64,000 nt of DNA, from contig JAAOMT010000661.1 in the NCBI GenBank assembly GCA_016748015.1, forward strand, positions 62,001-126,000, read 5' to 3'. The position numbers and the translations under genes were made by a program. The notes under the pieces were generated by a model, which saw only the letters and a list, made by a program, of their open reading frames with translations, had not been told where the DNA came from and ran no database searches. Of the stretch, positions 61,201-64,000 are shown one piece after another (the stretch's first letter is position 1; each line of letters opens with the position of its first letter). This DNA comes from Geosiphon pyriformis uo1. Lineage: Eukaryota > Fungi > Glomeromycota.

Positions 61201-64000
61201 ACCAACTGTTGATCCTAAAAGACATTTGACATGTAGAGTAAACCCTCTCTTGCTTCATACTTTATCAGATCTTTTTTAGAGAATTGATCTTGGATTTTTG
61301 AGCATCAAGTTTTTTTTGTTTATCTTGCATTTCCTTCACCATGAAATATTTACAAGTGATAAAAACTGATATTTTTTTTAATTATATAATTGATTACATG
61401 ATTTGCAAGAAAATCTTGCCGATTTTTCGGGTTAAATTGCAACTAATTTTATTAATTTAAAAATATTTTGTATAATGTCTTGAAGCTTTTAAAAATGTTC
61501 AATTAGCGATCGGTAAAATTTGAAATTCTTTGTTAATTTGGGGTTTTCTCAAACTTGATGTACACGTAAGATAGGAAAGTACTGAAATATTGGCAACAAG
61601 AATGTAGCATATTTTTATGTAACAAGAATTTCGGACAAAAATATTAATAGCAATATTTGTATTTAATTCAGCCAAAAATTCAACACAACATAAAACAAGT
61701 AAGTCATAATTTTTGATGATTAAAATTTAGTTAAAAAAATTAGGAGAAATTAATTATTTTAGAATTGTGCTCGCCAGAAAATTTGACCGAAAAGGAACTA
61801 CAAAGTTTAATTGTATATATTAAATATAGATAAACATGTGATCAAAGAATTTAAAGAACTTAAGACTTTGCAAACTTAATTGCCAAGGGTAAAAAATGAT
61901 CATTTAATATTAATGTAAAAACTTTTCGTACAACAATTGGTCTAAATAAAAAAAACCATAACACAAGATAAAATTTCTTTATTGACATTCAGAATTGATT
62001 TCCATTTCAAGTTTCGGCCATGTTTTAGTAAGAATGAAATTTTTTAATAATGAGCAAAATAATTGAAGTGTAGATGCATGTTCTTTGAACCAGGAAATCT
62101 TTTTGACTTACAAGGGTTATTGATGCAATAAGACATTTATTTCCGAAAAGTGAATATCTTAAAAGAATGCAGCAACCATTACTTTTAAAAGTGTAATACT
62201 TTTAATTCATGCATGTGAATTGACAAATAAATGAAATTATTTCATTGATATTCCTTTTTTTTGTTCATAAAGCTAATAATTATGTAATTTCAATAAGGTT
62301 TCATTCAGAAGTTACTCAAAACTAACAATAAAATTTTTAGCAGCCTTCTTGATCTTATTTAAAGATTGGTTTTAAATAAATAAATATATATATATATATT
62401 ATAATTTGTTAATAATAGTTTGAATTATATTTAATAAAGCTGAAATACCCTTGCAGATGGTAATACAAAATTGTTGTTTAGAATAACTCAGTAGAAGATT
62501 TGAAATACTAGTTTGTAATGTTCTTAAATTTGAATGAAAAACTATTGAATTAATAAACAAATTAAAATAGAAAGTTATACAAAATTATATTAGCAAACGT
62601 TTTTTTATTCATTCAAAAAATATTTTAGATTCACAATATATTATTTTTGTAATAGTCAATTTTAATTTATAAAATATTTATATATATTTTGTTTTTTTTT
62701 ACCCTATTGACAACCACATTTATGGCAAGATTTCATTTTAATCGTGTTTCAGCATTTTCTAAAATTGTCTTTTATATTAAAAAATTTAAGCCACGAGGTA
62801 ATAATCTACTATTTACGAGTTTCAAAGAAGTATGTCATTTATTAATTTGAGTTTTTGAGTTAACTTTTTTGGTCAAAACAAATTTTACCTTGTTTTATCT
62901 TTTATTTTGTTGAAAAAGTTATAATATTTAGATTTAAATCTTTTTTATCTCAATTTAGATAAATCTCTTTATTTCTTTTACTTGAAAATTTTTAATAATC
63001 TTTTAGATAATTTAAAAAATCTTTGTAAAAAATTATCTTAGATTTATAGGGTATCAGAATTAAATTAGAACCAAACCTAAAGATACATGTATATTTGAAA
63101 TTGATATAATGTTCAACAACTTATATATCCTTAATAGAGGCTGCTTCATTCTAACCATGGATAAAAGAAATTAATTAACTATATTTCTTGAATAATGTCA
63201 TATAGTTATCCTATTGTTTTTATTAAAATTGATCATCGGTAGTATAAAAACTAAGCTATTTTAGATATGACGTCTATGAACACAATGAACAAAAAAATCC
63301 AAGTTTGGAAAGATTTCACTCAAAGATATTTTTGCTGATAAACTGTAAAAATTTCCAAATCACCTTCAAACCATAAAGAGGCAAGCTTAAAAATTTGAAA
63401 TGATATCTGATTATGACCGATTAGAATATCAAGCCAAAGTTTAAAATATCTTGAAAAACTTATATGTCAAAATCTTGTTATTACATGTATCAAGGTGTAT
63501 GAAAAATTTCTTTATTGGAATGAATGAGCCCAAGTAATCCTCACCAAGCGATCCAAATTTCTTTTCCTTATAGAATTTCGGATAAGAGATAAATTTTAAC
63601 TGGGCCATTTGGTATGACTATAGGTAAAAACGCCCCCACTTTAATCTTTATAGGATAAATTCATGAACACTAGTATAATTCAACCAATTTAAATTTTAAA
63701 AGTTAAAAATTAGTTTACCTGATTTTGATCTATATATTTTAATTACTTAGGACTCATTTATGACACAATTAAACTTGAATATCCATGTATATTGCTTTAT
63801 GTATTTGAAATATAAAAAGATCTAAAAAAGGTTAATAGGTATCAAAAAGCCTGTGTTTGAGATTTTTCTCAATAGTGGGATAAATGTAAGTCACGTTATG
63901 CTAAATGATTGCGATTTCCATAAAAAGTTTAGTCGCATTAGATAAAAATGATGAGGTCTATTACTTTCGGCCATTTTTCAAAATTTAAAGTCCCCTTTCA

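Noticed and set aside
30400-64000. Short F/I/K/N-rich ORFs, tRNA or rRNA genes, and APN2/COX13/tptA/rnhA MAT neighbours
   Set aside because: The ORFs match random AT-rich expectation. No cloverleaf or rRNA signature was seen by eye, and no such neighbour genes were recognisable in this window.

Overview
AT-rich eukaryotic (fungal) genomic window. The gene content, intron style, LINE family and MATA_HMG genes suggest Glomeromycotina/Mucoromycota, possibly Geosiphon-like; this is an inference, not a search result. Four host genes are supported: an intronless divergent MATA_HMG-box gene (3324-4736, +), an intronless HDHD2/LHPP-like HAD hydrolase (25158-25973, -), a 13-exon SLA2/END4 gene head-to-head with it (26122-30378, +), and a second intronless SOX/ROX1-like MATA_HMG gene (49138-50721, +). 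The second HMG gene sits in a gene desert (about 19 kb upstream, more than 13 kb downstream) containing several HMG-type AACAATG sites. Between the first HMG gene and SLA2 is an extremely AT-rich block of decayed repeats, roughly 6-25 kb. It holds a near full-length LINE (about 15636-22514, -; ORF1 with RRM and CCHC, ORF2 with APE, RT, RNase H and CCHC) and a heavily C>T/G>A-eroded relic of a related LINE ORF1 (about 11.5-13.3 kb, +). Main leads: (1) an HMG-SLA2-HMG arrangement recalling the ascomycete MAT-SLA2 linkage, i.e. a candidate mating-type-like locus in an early-diverging fungus; (2) RIP-like, repeat-restricted cytosine hypermutation seen at two stages in one window; (3) a possible HMG auto- or cross-regulatory array upstream of the second HMG gene.
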